DNA of 64,000 bases from Candidatus Delongbacteria bacterium (GCA_963663545.1 OY760505.1:1-64000), one strand, 5' to 3'. Positions 38,237 through 49,274 are shown, numbered from the stretch's first letter. Made by a program: numbers and translations. The notes: a model not told the origin generated them from the sequence alone.

Positions 38237-39633
38237 TTCGTGTGACGCTGTGCCTTCTGCTGGCCTTGTGCTTGCGTCAGGCCTGGGCCACACCTGATGC
38301 CGATACTCTGGACCGCATTGACCGCTTGGCGATCACAGCTTCGCTTAGTGAAATGGAGCAGGACTACGAGCGGGCGGCTGGCATTTGGCGACATCTGCTT
38401 CAGCTTGATCCCGAATGCGCCCAAGCTGTCGATGCCCTCTGGGATCTGGCGCTGGAGTTACGCGACGAAAACCTGCTGTTAAGCTGTGGCAAATGGTACA
38501 GCAGCCATTGGCCCTACAATCCAGAGCGAACCGCCGACTATGTGGATTTCTGCTACCGCAGTGGCAGAAGTCAACAGGTTGACGAGACACTGGACAGTCT
38601 GCCCGACTCAACCTGTATCCCCTTGCGCGTGCAGTTGCTGCTTGATCGCGACCGCTTGCGCGAGGCTGGCAAAGCGCTGGGGCGTTATTCGCGTCAGCCG
38701 CTGTCGCGTATTCTGGGTGACTATTATCAGGAAGACTACTTCTGGGAGCTCATCTTCGAATGGGGGCGTCGCGCCGAGCGGCTGAGCGCGGCCATCAAGC
38801 TCATTGATCGTTTTGCTGCTGCAGAATCCAGCGCGGCGGCGCAGATGACGCGCGCGCGCCTGTATTACCTGCTCGAGCGCGAGGACGCGGGCCGCGGTGC
38901 GCTTGAGAAGGCACTCAAACTGAATCCTGATTACCTGGAGGCATGGCTGCTTTTAGGGCGGATCCATCTCTATCGCAAAGAATACGAGCAATCGGTGCAG
39001 GCCTATCAACGGGCGGCGGACCTCGTCCCGGATGACCCGGAAGTGCTGCGCTATCTGGCCATTGCGTTGAGTTATGCAGGACGCAGCGCCGAAGCGGGTG
39101 AACTGCATGCGACACTGGTTAGCCGGTTTCCTATGGTGCAATCCCTCTGGGCCGATTACGGCACCTGGCTCGATCGGGCTGGCAATTTTGAGAAAGCACG
39201 CATCGTTTACGAGAAAGCGATTGAGGCTTTTGGTCAGGAGTCGTCGCCAGCGCTGCTGAACAACCTTGCCTTTCTGCTGGCCAATCAAGGTGTTGAAATG
39301 GATCGTGCCCTGATGCTGGTTACCCGCGCCCTGGATACGGATCCCGTTTCGGCCAGTTTTCTCGACACCAAGGGCTGGATTTTCTTCCGCATGGGACGGA
39401 TGCAAGAAGCACGCGCTTATCTGGAGCAGGCCTTCCGGCAAATGCCCGAATCCGGCGAGATTCAGTATCACATGGGTGAATTGGAACTACAGGCCGGCAA
39501 CGTGGATCTTGCCCGCGAATACTGGGAGCGCGCGCTCAAACTTGAACCTGGCATGAAAGTGATACATGAGCGTCTTGAAAGCCTCGAAGAACAGGACAGT
39601 GTTCCTGTGAGGAGTGAACATGATCCCAAGTGA
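38233..39633 (+). CDS. Exported TPR protein
   Basis: Signal peptide, TPRs, LNNLAF..A, FLDTKGW. Confidence 0.85.
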   Translation: MIRVTLCLLLALCLRQAWATPDADTLDRIDRLAITASLSEMEQDYERAAGIWRHLLQLDPECAQAVDALWDLALELRDENLLLSCGKWYSSHWPYNPERTADYVDFCYRSGRSQQVDETLDSLPDSTCIPLRVQLLLDRDRLREAGKALGRYSRQPLSRILGDYYQEDYFWELIFEWGRRAERLSAAIKLIDRFAAAESSAAAQMTRARLYYLLEREDAGRGALEKALKLNPDYLEAWLLLGRIHLYRKEYEQSVQAYQRAADLVPDDPEVLRYLAIALSYAGRSAEAGELHATLVSRFPMVQSLWADYGTWLDRAGNFEKARIVYEKAIEAFGQESSPALLNNLAFLLANQGVEMDRALMLVTRALDTDPVSASFLDTKGWIFFRMGRMQEARAYLEQAFRQMPESGEIQYHMGELELQAGNVDLAREYWERALKLEPGMKVIHERLESLEEQDSVPVRSEHDPK

Positions 39634-40969
39634 CCCCAAACAGCTTCAGCTGCAAATGGAGCAGGTCCTGGACCTGTGCAAAGAATGCGATCTGGCCGAC
39701 GTCCGCATCGACACTTCCTACGAGGCACTTTCGCGTTTTGCCAATAACAACATCCAGCAGAATGTCGCCCAGACGGGCACCGGCCTGACACTGGTGTTGA
39801 AAGAAAACGGCCGTCAAGCTACCGGCAACACGAATCGCCTGGACAAAGACAGTCTGCGGCGTCTGGTGGAAAGCACACGCTTTGCGGCCAGCAAGCAGAA
39901 GCCGATGGCGGAGGATGTGCCGCTGGTGGCTGCCTGCCCGACGGCGCACAAAGATTCGTTGGACCCCGCCACGGCAGAACTGAGTCCGGAGGAGAAGGCG
40001 CGTGACATCGGCCTGATCTGCGAGGCCGCTCGCGAGCAGGAAATGGTGGCTCACGGTATTTATCGCAACGGCTACACTCAGTTTGCCATGGCAAACAGCG
40101 CGGGGCTGTACTGCAGTTTCCAATCCTCTTCCGCGGCGGTTTCGGCAACGGTCGAGGGCGTGGATTCCACCGGTTGGGCCGAGCAGGAAAACCGCAAGGC
40201 CTCCGTGTTGCAAGTGGGCCAGGTGGCGCAGGAGGCGACGGAAATCGCTTTGCGCAGCCGCAATCCCCAGCCTTTGGAACCGGGCGTGTACGAGGTTGTA
40301 TTGCCGCCGGCGGGTGTGGCTGATTTGCTGATGTTTCTGTCCTATTCCGCCTTCAACGCAAAGGCGCTGCAGGATGGCACCAGCCCGATGGCGGGCAAGC
40401 TGGGGCAGAAGTTGTTTTCGGAGCACTTCTCGCTTAGCGATGACTTTGCTCATCCGCTGATCGACGGCATGCCCTTCGATTTCGAAGGTGTATCACGCCA
40501 GGCGGTCAAGTTGATCGAGCGGGGCGTCTTCAGCAATCCCGTGTACGATTTGAGCACGGCAAAGAAGGCGGGTACCGTCAGTACTGGCCACGGTTTGCCG
40601 CGGCCCAACTCCCACGGCCCGGTGGCGCTGAATCTAGTGATCGAGCCCGGATCCAGCAGTCTGGAAGAAATGATCGCCAACACCAAGCGCGGCTTGTTGG
40701 TGACACATCTGCATTACACCAACATGGTGGATCCTTCGGAGCTGACGCTGACGGGTATGACCCGCGACGGTCTGTTTTTGATCGAGAACGGCAAGCTCTC
40801 GCACCCCGTACGCAACATGCGCTTCACCGACAGTCTGTACCAGATTTTCGGCAGCATTAGTGCTGTGGGGCATGAACAGCAGTATCATGGCGGGTTTTTT
40901 GGCGGTGGTGGAGTGCTAAGCGCCATCAAGGTCGATCGCTTCCGCATGAGCAGCGAGAGCAGCTTCTAG
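39620..40969 (+). CDS. TldD/PmbA family protein (PmbA/TldE-like partner)
   Basis: RFANNNIQQN, PFDFEG, STGH, TGMTRDG.FLIENG; no HExxxH. Confidence 0.88.
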   Translation: MIPSDPKQLQLQMEQVLDLCKECDLADVRIDTSYEALSRFANNNIQQNVAQTGTGLTLVLKENGRQATGNTNRLDKDSLRRLVESTRFAASKQKPMAEDVPLVAACPTAHKDSLDPATAELSPEEKARDIGLICEAAREQEMVAHGIYRNGYTQFAMANSAGLYCSFQSSSAAVSATVEGVDSTGWAEQENRKASVLQVGQVAQEATEIALRSRNPQPLEPGVYEVVLPPAGVADLLMFLSYSAFNAKALQDGTSPMAGKLGQKLFSEHFSLSDDFAHPLIDGMPFDFEGVSRQAVKLIERGVFSNPVYDLSTAKKAGTVSTGHGLPRPNSHGPVALNLVIEPGSSSLEEMIANTKRGLLVTHLHYTNMVDPSELTLTGMTRDGLFLIENGKLSHPVRNMRFTDSLYQIFGSISAVGHEQQYHGGFFGGGGVLSAIKVDRFRMSSESSF

Positions 40970-41007
40970 TCTGCGCTTTGGTCGAGGATCCACTTCGGGA
41001 GATCACA

Positions 41008-42447
41008 ATGCAACACCTTCTGGAACTTGCCCTGGAAAGCGCACAACGAGCGGGTGCGGACTGGGCTGATATACGCATTATCGCGACGCGCCAGGAAGGC
41101 CTGTTTACGCAGGATGGCGAGCTCGGCGCGCTGAACAATTCGGACGATCTGGGTTACGGTATTCGTGTGCTGGTCAAGGGCGCCTGGGGCTTCGCCGCCA
41201 GTGATCGCATGGACGCCGACTCGGTAATGCAAACCGCCAAGCTGGCCGTGCGCATCGCCAGCGCCAGTGCCCAACTCAATTCTGAAACCGTGCGCTTGGC
41301 CACCGAGCCCGCCTGGCAGGATATCTGGCAGACACCGGTTCAGCTGGACCCCTTCAAGGTTTCCATCGAAGACAAGTTGGCGCTGCTGTTTGAAGCCGAC
41401 AGCATTTTGCGCAAAGATCCGCGCATCAAACGCGCCAATGGCAAGCTGGCCTTCAAGCGCGAGCATCAGTGGCACGCCACAAGCGAGGGCGCTCGTATCG
41501 AGCAGATCCTGCTGCGCTCCAGCGCGGGAATCACCGTAACCGCCATCGAGGATGGCAAACAGCAGATCCGCGGCTACCCTATGTCTCACGGAGGCGGCAA
41601 CATGTGCGCCGGGTGGGAATACGTGCAGGCGCTGGATCTGGTAGGCAACGCGGAGCGCATTCGCGAAGAAGCCCTTGCGCTACTTTCTGCGCCGAAGTGC
41701 CCTTCGGGCCGCTACGACTTGATTCTGCTGCCGCGTCAGCTGGTGCTGCAGATCCACGAATCCGTGGGGCACGCTACCGAGCTGGACCGAGTGCTGGGCT
41801 ACGAAGCCAATTACGCAGGCACTTCCTTTGCCACAACCGAGAAGCTGGGCCACTTCCAGTACGGCAGTTCCCTTGTCAATCTAGTGGCCGACGGCACCGT
41901 GCCCGGCGGGCTGGCGACCCAGGGCTACGATGACGATGGCGTACGTCAGGGACGCTGGCACATTGTGCAACAGGGCATTCTCAAGGGCTACATGACCAAT
42001 CGCGAGTTGGCGCACCGCATCGGTGAAGACGCAAGCCGCGGCTGCAATCGGGCCGATGGTTGGAACAACCTGCCCATCACGCGCATCAACAATCTTTCGC
42101 TGATGCCGGGCAATTCCAGCCTTGAAGAGCTCATTGCCGGCGTGGACGACGGAGTCATGATGGACTGCAACAAGTCCTGGTCCATCGACCAACGTCGCCT
42201 GAACTTCCAGTTCGGCTGCGAAATCGGCTGGCGCATCAAGGGCGGTAAGGTGGTCGGTCTGGTGCAGAACCCCACGTATCAGGGTATGACACCCGAGTTC
42301 TGGAATGCCTGCGACGGCATTGCCAGCTTCGACGAATGGGAGCTTGTGGGCGTAGCCAACTGCGGCAAAGGTCAACCGGGACAGACGGCGGAGATGAGCC
42401 ACGGCAGTGCGCCAGCGCGTTTCCGGCAGATTGAGGTGGGCATCTAG
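41008..42447 (+). CDS. tldD: TldD family metalloprotease
   Basis: GYGIRVL..GAWGFA, IHESVGH, DDDG, CGKGQPGQ...SHG. Confidence 0.9.
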   Translation: MQHLLELALESAQRAGADWADIRIIATRQEGLFTQDGELGALNNSDDLGYGIRVLVKGAWGFAASDRMDADSVMQTAKLAVRIASASAQLNSETVRLATEPAWQDIWQTPVQLDPFKVSIEDKLALLFEADSILRKDPRIKRANGKLAFKREHQWHATSEGARIEQILLRSSAGITVTAIEDGKQQIRGYPMSHGGGNMCAGWEYVQALDLVGNAERIREEALALLSAPKCPSGRYDLILLPRQLVLQIHESVGHATELDRVLGYEANYAGTSFATTEKLGHFQYGSSLVNLVADGTVPGGLATQGYDDDGVRQGRWHIVQQGILKGYMTNRELAHRIGEDASRGCNRADGWNNLPITRINNLSLMPGNSSLEELIAGVDDGVMMDCNKSWSIDQRRLNFQFGCEIGWRIKGGKVVGLVQNPTYQGMTPEFWNACDGIASFDEWELVGVANCGKGQPGQTAEMSHGSAPARFRQIEVGI

Positions 42448-42471
42448 AACCGCCTATCCATTGAAATGCAG

Positions 42472-42499
42472 AAGCCCCTCCCGCGTGGAGGGGTTTTTT
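42472..42499 (+). terminator. Intrinsic terminator
   Basis: AAGCCCCTCC-cgcgt-GGAGGGGTTT followed by more T. Confidence 0.85.
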
Positions 42500-42700
42500 G
42501 CTGTGCTGGATTTCTTGATAGAGACAACAATAATAACAGAATGATCAGGTTGTTCAATTGCGGTCACCGGCGAGTGAATATCATATGCAGATGGCCGAAT
42601 CTTTACGGTTGTCCTATTTGAAATCTGAACAATATCCAATGGCATACACATTGCGCTAGCAGCCTCAAGTATGTTCACCGAGCACCAAAGGAGGAAGCGT

Positions 42701-44398
42701 ATGCAACGGGTTCGAGTGCTGCTCTTGTGGTTCACACTGCTATGCGGGCTGCCGCTTCAGGCGGCCATGGTTACAGGGGTGCTTTCCAATTTCGATGTGC
42801 ACAACTTCACGAACGAGGACGCCAACGATTTTCACATGATCATTCGCGGGGTTACCTGCACCGATGTGATCAACACCATGAGCCCACCGGGGTGGCTTTT
42901 TAATTGCACGGAGTTGCCTGACGGAAGTGTGGTGGTCAGCTGGCGACATCCTACGGATTACATTCCCCACTGCACCATGGCACATTTTGGCGTCGAGTTC
43001 CCCGGTCAACCCGACTTCTTCATTCTGGCCGCGTATTGGACAAAGGATGGTCGTGTGCTCTTTCCCTGGCTGAGCTTCGTCAACCAGCGCTGGGAGGGGA
43101 GCGCTGAATGCTGGGTTGGGGACCTGGTGGATGGCTACGCACCCGGGATCGGTCTGGACGGTGTCATCATCGACCGCGACTTCATTCTGATGCCGGAGCC
43201 GCTGCCTTTGCCGGATCTGATGTGGGATGACCTGGCCGGACTCATGTGGGATCCAGGTCCGCCGCCCGAAGTGTTGCCGCTGGATCCGGGGCTGGCCGTG
43301 CCATTGCCCATTCCCGTGATACCTGAAGAGACCGGCGCCATACTGGTACGCTATCCTGTAACGGACGCGAGCACAGGCGCACTGGCCGCACGCTTTACCA
43401 ACGAGCTGGTGTTGAATCCGGACTTCTACCTCCCACCGACGCGCATGTTCAGCAATTTCGATGTCTTCAACAATTCTGGCATTTGCGTGAATGACTTCCA
43501 TTTAAGTCTGCGCGGTATCACCTGTCTTGAAGTGACGGACTTCTACCTTCCCGCTGGCTGGGTTGCCACCTGCTTTCCACATCCCGACGGCCTGGGTTGT
43601 GATCTAATCTGGACCTGCATTGACGGAAGCTGTGTGGATCCCGGCTCGATGGTTCACTTCGGCTACGGAATCAATGGACCCAACCTGGTGAACTTCAGCA
43701 TTCGCGCCGCCTACTGGACCTACAACGGCGTACCCATTCCGCCGGCCATCAGCTTCGTCAACCAGACCTGGAACTGGCAGGACCCGTGGATGAGCGAAGA
43801 CTTGGTCTGGGGTGGCACGCCACTCACCGATCCCTTCGGTGTGGAAGTGCGCCGCGACTGGGGTACGCTTGTCGATCCACTGCCATTGCCTGATCTGACC
43901 TGGGGCAATCTGGAGGAGCTGATTCCCTGGCAGCCTGCCGATCTTGAGCCGCTAACCTTGCCGCCCGATCCCAGCTACACCGTTCCCTATTACTTTGAAC
44001 CGGAAATTACCGGTCAGGCGGGCGCGCTCTTCATTCGTTATGAGGTCATTGATTCCACTGGCGATGTGCAGTTGCGCTTCAGCAACGAGGCGCTCATTGA
44101 GCCGGTACGCATTCCTCCCATCGAGGACCTGACGATAACCTACATGGGAATGCCCACGCCCGAGCTGGCACAGTTCCGCCTGGAATGGACGCCACCGCCG
44201 CTGCCACTACCGCAGCCGATTCGGTTCACGATTTACGAAGGTCCTGAGCCCTACGAACCCATCGATACACCCATCGGCTGGACCGTCGACAGCTTCTTTG
44301 ATGTCTTTGTCGAAGTGGATATGGCCGTTGAACCCGCCAACCGCCGTACTTTCTACCGTGTCACGGCGGATTACATTGAACCAAGTCGACGCGACTGA
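42701..44398 (+). CDS. Secreted protein with two tandem ~220-aa repeats of unknown family
   Basis: RBS AGGAGGA, signal peptide; both repeats share SNFDV.N..NDFH..RG.TC, HFG, AAYWT, SFVNQ.W, PLPLPDL.W, RY.V.D, RF.NE. Confidence 0.85.
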   Translation: MQRVRVLLLWFTLLCGLPLQAAMVTGVLSNFDVHNFTNEDANDFHMIIRGVTCTDVINTMSPPGWLFNCTELPDGSVVVSWRHPTDYIPHCTMAHFGVEFPGQPDFFILAAYWTKDGRVLFPWLSFVNQRWEGSAECWVGDLVDGYAPGIGLDGVIIDRDFILMPEPLPLPDLMWDDLAGLMWDPGPPPEVLPLDPGLAVPLPIPVIPEETGAILVRYPVTDASTGALAARFTNELVLNPDFYLPPTRMFSNFDVFNNSGICVNDFHLSLRGITCLEVTDFYLPAGWVATCFPHPDGLGCDLIWTCIDGSCVDPGSMVHFGYGINGPNLVNFSIRAAYWTYNGVPIPPAISFVNQTWNWQDPWMSEDLVWGGTPLTDPFGVEVRRDWGTLVDPLPLPDLTWGNLEELIPWQPADLEPLTLPPDPSYTVPYYFEPEITGQAGALFIRYEVIDSTGDVQLRFSNEALIEPVRIPPIEDLTITYMGMPTPELAQFRLEWTPPPLPLPQPIRFTIYEGPEPYEPIDTPIGWTVDSFFDVFVEVDMAVEPANRRTFYRVTADYIEPSRRD

Positions 44399-44416
44399 TT
44401 TGGAGACGAATTCAAC

Positions 44417-44444
44417 AGGGGCGGCGCAACCGCCCCTTTTCTTT
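44417..44444 (+). terminator. Intrinsic terminator
   Basis: AGGGGCGG-cgcaa-CCGCCCCT then TTTCTTT. Confidence 0.85.
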
Positions 44445-44601
44445 GGAACGAAAATTCGCTGCAGCTTTGGTAGGCGGAACCATTTTTACGAGTTTGCTGT
44501 TGGCCGCCAGATCCGCTGAGAAGCGGACCAGACCATTGACACTTGGACTGGAAGGCTTGCTGATTCTGCCGATAGTAGAGCAAAAGGAAAAGAGGCATAG
44601 G

Positions 44602-47037
44602 ATGCACAGCAAGTTTTCACCGAACGTGCAGAAAGTGATCCAGTACTCGCGCGAAGAAGCGCTGCGGCTGGGTCAGGATTACATCGGGAGCGAGCACCTG
44701 CTGTTGGGAATCGTGCGCCTGGGCGACGGCACCGCCTGGCAGATTCTGCAGCAACTCGAGGTGGATCCCGCGGCGCTGCGTGAGATGATCGAAGAGATCG
44801 TCGACAGCACCGACAACATCATGAAGATCGGCAACATCCCCTTTACCAAGAAGGCCGAGCGCGTGCTCAAGGTCACCTATATGGAGGGGCGCAGTTTCAA
44901 TGCCGAGACCATTGGCACCGAGCATCTGCTCTTGGCCATCGCCAAAGAGGATGACGGCGTAGCCAGTCAGGTGTTGGCCAATTTCAACCTGAGCTACGCG
45001 AATATTCGCGCGCAGTTGGAATCCATGGACGCACCGGCAGGCAGCGGCAAGGCTCAGGGCGATCGCTCCAAGACGCCAGCGCTGGATCACTTTGGACGAG
45101 ATCTCACACAGCTCGCGCGTGAGGGACGACTGGATCCGATCATTGGTCGCGAAGAAGAAATCGAGCGCGTCGCTCAGGTACTTGCCCGGCGCAAGAAGAA
45201 CAATCCGGTGCTGATTGGCGAACCCGGCGTAGGTAAAACGGCCATCGCCGAGGGATTGGCGCTGCGCATCATCGAGCGCAAGGTCAGCCGTGTGTTGTAC
45301 AACAAGCGTGTGATCGCCCTGGATCTGGGTGCCATTGTCGCAGGAACCAAGTACCGTGGCCAGTTTGAAGAGCGCGTGAAAAGTCTGATGCTCGAGCTCG
45401 AGAAGCACGACGATATCATTGTCTTCCTGGACGAGCTGCACACCATCGTTGGCGCGGGTAGTGCTTCCGGAAGCTTGGACGCCAGCAACATGTTCAAACC
45501 CGCTTTGGCGCGCGGTGAGATTCAGTGCATCGGCGCGACTACGCTGGACGAGTACCGCCAGCACATCGAAAAGGATGGAGCGCTGGAACGCCGCTTCCAG
45601 AAGATCGTAGTGGAGGCGCCCAGTGTCGACGAGACCATCAGCATTCTGATGGGGCTCAAGGAGCGCTACGAGCAGCATCACCAGATCACCTACACCGAGG
45701 AATCGCTGCGTCAGGCCGTGTACTTGAGTGATCGCTACATCAGTGATCGCATGCTTCCCGACAAGGCCATCGATGTGCTGGATGAGACCGGCAGTCGCAT
45801 GCATCTGGCGCACATTGTAGTACCGGACCGTGTGGTGGAGCTGGAGCGCGAAATCGAGGAGCTCGCCCGCCGCAAGGAAGAGCTGGTAGAGCAGCAGAAT
45901 TACGAAGGCGCCGCCGAGGTGCGTGACCGCAAGCTCAAGCTGGAAGTTGAACTGGCCACCGAGCGTGACGCCTGGGAGGAGACGGCCAGCGAGAACCGCA
46001 TTGAAGTGACCGCCGAAGACGTGGCCGTTGTGGTCAGTCAGATGACGGGCATTCCCGTGGACAAGGTGACCGTGGACGAAAGCGAGCGTCTTCTGCGCAT
46101 GCAGGAGGAGCTGGGGCGCCGCATCATCGGCCAGTCCGAGGCCATCGACATTCTTTGCCGCAGCATTCGTCGCAGCCGCGCGGGCTTCAAGAGCCCCGAC
46201 CGGCCCATCGGCAGCTACCTCTTCCTGGGCCCGACTGGCATCGGCAAGACCGAGTTGGCCAAGGTGCTGGCGGAGGTCATGTTCGGCGACGAGAACGCGC
46301 TGATCCGCATCGACATGAGCGAATACATGGAGAAGTTCGCAGTCAGCCGTCTGATCGGTGCTCCTCCCGGCTATGTCGGATTTGAAGAGGGCGGCCAACT
46401 TACGGAGAAGGTGCGGCGACGTCCTTACTCCATCGTGCTCTTCGATGAGGTGGAAAAGGCTCACCCCGAGGTCTTCAACATCCTACTGCAGGTGCTGGAC
46501 GACGGCCAGCTCACCGACAGCAACGGTCGCAAGGTGGACTTTCGCAACACCATCATCATCATGACCTCAAACATGGGGACACGCGATCTGGTGAAGGAGT
46601 CCGCCATCGGCTTCGGTGGCCGCTCGGGCGAGCCTCCAAGTCGCGATGTGATGCGCGGCGATATTATGAAGGAAGTGAGACGCCATTTCCGTCCCGAATT
46701 CCTCAACCGCATCGACGAGACCATCGTTTTCAACATGCTGGGCAAGGAATCCATTGAGCGCATTCTGGACTTGCGCATCGAGGAACTGAAATCCAGGCTG
46801 GCCAGCCGCGGTATTCATCTGAGCATCGATCAGGCCGCAAACATAAAACTGGTGCAGGACGGCTACAGTCCGGTTGTGGGTGCACGCCCGTTGCGCCGTC
46901 TGCTGGAGCGCGAGGTAGAGGACCCGGTGGCCGAGAGTGTGCTGCGCGGTGAATTCCTTGCCGGCAGTCACGTACAGGTGAGCGTGGACGGCGACAAGTT
47001 GGTCTTCACTCCCGATGAGCCCGTGGAACAGGAATAG
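44602..47037 (+). CDS. clpC: ATP-dependent Clp protease ATP-binding subunit ClpC
   Basis: Clp-N repeats, [11 protein letters not shown] coil ([11 protein letters not shown]), [18 protein letters not shown]. Confidence 0.95.
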   Translation: MHSKFSPNVQKVIQYSREEALRLGQDYIGSEHLLLGIVRLGDGTAWQILQQLEVDPAALREMIEEIVDSTDNIMKIGNIPFTKKAERVLKVTYMEGRSFNAETIGTEHLLLAIAKEDDGVASQVLANFNLSYANIRAQLESMDAPAGSGKAQGDRSKTPALDHFGRDLTQLAREGRLDPIIGREEEIERVAQVLARRKKNNPVLIGEPGVGKTAIAEGLALRIIERKVSRVLYNKRVIALDLGAIVAGTKYRGQFEERVKSLMLELEKHDDIIVFLDELHTIVGAGSASGSLDASNMFKPALARGEIQCIGATTLDEYRQHIEKDGALERRFQKIVVEAPSVDETISILMGLKERYEQHHQITYTEESLRQAVYLSDRYISDRMLPDKAIDVLDETGSRMHLAHIVVPDRVVELEREIEELARRKEELVEQQNYEGAAEVRDRKLKLEVELATERDAWEETASENRIEVTAEDVAVVVSQMTGIPVDKVTVDESERLLRMQEELGRRIIGQSEAIDILCRSIRRSRAGFKSPDRPIGSYLFLGPTGIGKTELAKVLAEVMFGDENALIRIDMSEYMEKFAVSRLIGAPPGYVGFEEGGQLTEKVRRRPYSIVLFDEVEKAHPEVFNILLQVLDDGQLTDSNGRKVDFRNTIIIMTSNMGTRDLVKESAIGFGGRSGEPPSRDVMRGDIMKEVRRHFRPEFLNRIDETIVFNMLGKESIERILDLRIEELKSRLASRGIHLSIDQAANIKLVQDGYSPVVGARPLRRLLEREVEDPVAESVLRGEFLAGSHVQVSVDGDKLVFTPDEPVEQE

Positions 47038-47063
47038 CCTGTCAATTTGTGTCACGACAACAC

Positions 47064-47091
47064 AGAGGGGCGGCTGCATGCTGCCCCTTTT
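47064..47091 (+). terminator. Intrinsic terminator after clpC
   Basis: AGGGGCGGC-tgcat-GCTGCCCCT then TTT. Confidence 0.8.
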
Positions 47092-47110
47092 CGTATTACC
47101 TTGTAGCTGC

Positions 47111-47193
<83 letters not shown>

Positions 47194-47310
47194 TTCTGCT
47201 AACAGCTTCAAAACAAACTATTTACACGGGATTTCAAAACGGAAGTGCGGCTTCTTCTGTGTCAGTCGTGGCGCGAGAATCGCCAGAAACACCCCTGATT
47301 TGAGTGATTC

Positions 47311-47340
47311 TGTGTGCATATTGTGTGCAATCTGTGCGCA
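47311..47340. repeat. Three TGTGYGCA repeats at 11-bp spacing, probable integrase arm-type sites
   Basis: TGTGTGCA 47311, TGTGTGCA 47322, TGTGCGCA 47333, between att core and integrase stop. Confidence 0.6.
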
Positions 47341-47352
47341 GAATCTCCCGAT

Positions 47353-47778
47353 TCACCAGGGTACCTCGATCATGTTTGCGACTCGTTTCAGGGTTTGCAG
47401 GTGCGCGTGGTCATAGGTGCCCGTGATCACCCCCCACGTTGCGCCTAGCAGACTATGCCCCACCCACCTGGCCACATCCTCCGTTGGAACACCTGCGGCA
47501 CGCAGATCTGTGACCAGCGTGTGGCGGATTCCATGCAGTGGCTGAGCAATCTCAATTCCCAGTTCACGGACTGCGCCCTGGACGGCTCTGTAGTGTGCAT
47601 CCTGTCGAACCGTCCATGTACCCGCCCAGGCATCCAAAACGCTTTCCAGGACCGGGAATAGGGCTACCACTGTGCTGTCAACTTCGGCCGGAAGAAGCAG
47701 CGCTGCAACAGCATGCTGCGCCAGTGGTGTGATACAGATGCCAACCTGGACTTCGTGGATGTGGCCACGCCGCTGCAC
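47353..47778 (-). pseudogene. Tyrosine recombinase/integrase C-terminal remnant
   Basis: LHGIRHT (HxxR), WVGH, TGTYDH (catalytic Tyr); no intact N-terminal part in frame. Confidence 0.85.
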
Positions 47779-47990
47779 TGAAAGTGGGCGTCCGCGTCCT
47801 GCGTGGTACCTAGCCGACAGCCTGCACTTGAGTGAGGCCGGCTATCCGCACTGGAATGAAGTCGTGGGGAAGTGCTAGGAGAGTAGCCGTGAATCGGTGA
47901 GGGGCATGCTTTCCAGTATTCGCGCACTGTAGCCGGTACGATAGTTGCCAGCTGCTCGCTGAGTTCACTTCATTCACGGGAGCCCCGCTG

Positions 47991-48476
47991 ATGAGTAAAA
48001 CGCCTACCAGTGCTGCCCAGGCCGCTTCAGCGACAGCACACAGTTGCATTCCCTGGCAGACATCGACGGATTGCCAGACGGTTTCTGCTAGTGAGAGCGC
48101 AAGTTTCGCCAGTGAGCTTCGGTCCGTACAGTCTGCGAACGACGCCACAGCAACGACTGCCAGACCGGATGCCGCCTGCATGACGCCCAATGAGATGATT
48201 CGCTATTCGCAGGAGCTCTTCGACGGCGGTGAAATCAGCTCAAAGCAACACCTGATGCTGCTTGCTGCCTGTCTTGTGTTCGGCAGCATTGACGAGGACG
48301 GGATCTACACACCGCCAAGCGATGCTGAGATAGAACGTTTCAACAACACGCCAATGGACTTCCTGCAGTATTCCCAGGACCGCATCGATTTCCTGGAATC
48401 GATTGGAGATACGGTTTCCGCGGAAAGCGGCTACGAGGAATGGAAGGAGCTGCTGCTAATCCTGAAGGGACTTTAA
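47991..48476 (+). CDS. Hypothetical island protein (5' end uncertain or truncated)
   Basis: Protein-like acidic C-terminal ~100 aa (MTPNEM...EEWKELLLILKGL); no clear RBS. Confidence 0.55.
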   Translation: MSKTPTSAAQAASATAHSCIPWQTSTDCQTVSASESASFASELRSVQSANDATATTARPDAACMTPNEMIRYSQELFDGGEISSKQHLMLLAACLVFGSIDEDGIYTPPSDAEIERFNNTPMDFLQYSQDRIDFLESIGDTVSAESGYEEWKELLLILKGL

Positions 48477-48567
48477 GTCGCCTAGATTCCTGCCAGCTCT
48501 TTTCTCCGAAAAAAGTTCCAAAACGATTGTACACGAGAAGAGGGAGCCAACTGTCTCCGCTCGGGCC

Positions 48568-48816
48568 TCAGCCCTTCTCTCGATTCACGTGGACAATGCC
48601 AATCAACCTCCCCATCCCATCACGCCCAAGGACGGAGACAGAGATCTCCTTGCCCAAAATAGGCTCTGGTCCTAGGTCCGCACCGCAGAACATGGGATGG
48701 ACGCGCTCTGTAGTGCTATAGGCAGTGGTGTTGCTGCTGCGCTGCTCTGTCACTGTGATCTCAATGGTTTCCGCTTGAAGGACGCGTGTAACAAGTCCCC
48801 GTAGAAAATCAGGCAT
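48568..48816 (-). CDS. Short degenerate thermonuclease (SNase OB-fold)-like protein
   Basis: GLVTRVLQAETIEI resembles VxxVxDGDTI; LGKEISV...RDGMGRLIGIV resembles xRDxYGRxxA; RBS GGGAG. Confidence 0.55.
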   Translation of the reverse strand: MPDFLRGLVTRVLQAETIEITVTEQRSSNTTAYSTTERVHPMFCGADLGPEPILGKEISVSVLGRDGMGRLIGIVHVNREKG

Positions 48817-49274
48817 CCCGTCTCCCTAAATCCAACCAATGCAGGGAAGCGAGAAGATACCCTCTCGGCTCTTTGGTCGAATCACTTCATGATGTTATTC
48901 AAGATTCCGGTTGGGCGTAGCGATCACAATCCTGGTTCAGATAGGAGGAAAGTGGCCTTCAGCTGTGAATATATGTAGTAGCTTAGCTTTGAGCAAGAGA
49001 TAGTTTTGTCATGATTCCTGCGCTCAGTATGCGGTGAAACGTGAACTCCCCAGACCGAAGAAGCGGGAGCTGTCGGTAGCATTTACTCCGTCATGGCCTG
49101 GAGAGGAAGAGGCTAAACCGCAGGCATTGGCGATAGGATGGAGGATCTAGTCTCCCACGCACCAGTCTGGGGAGCATTTCGATGTTCCCATTACGAACAG
49201 ACAATATGACACTGTGGAAGTACACGTTGCGGGCATTGAGTTCGTGATTCACAGATTTGCAATGGGGAGAGACC

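Noticed and set aside
44536-44567. TTGACA promoter or CtsR/CIRCE operator upstream of clpC
   Set aside because: A perfect -35 is present but no -10 at proper spacing, and no convincing operator repeat.
44617-46464. 615-aa minus-strand ORF and similar long antisense ORFs (12253..13119, 13858..14880, 36587..37657, 39536..40453)
   Set aside because: Shadows of GC3-biased sense genes (clpC, parA, GlmU-like, dxr/rseP, pmbA-like) with no protein motifs.
44417-47091. Similar AGGGGCGG...CCCCTTTT hairpins on both sides of clpC as element ends
   Set aside because: Both are ordinary intrinsic terminators with different loops, and there is no target duplication or transposase.
49036-49180. Retron msr-msd or 6S RNA
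   Set aside because: No reverse transcriptase is present; the rod is short, lies inside a mobile relic, and shows no diagnostic motifs I recognise.
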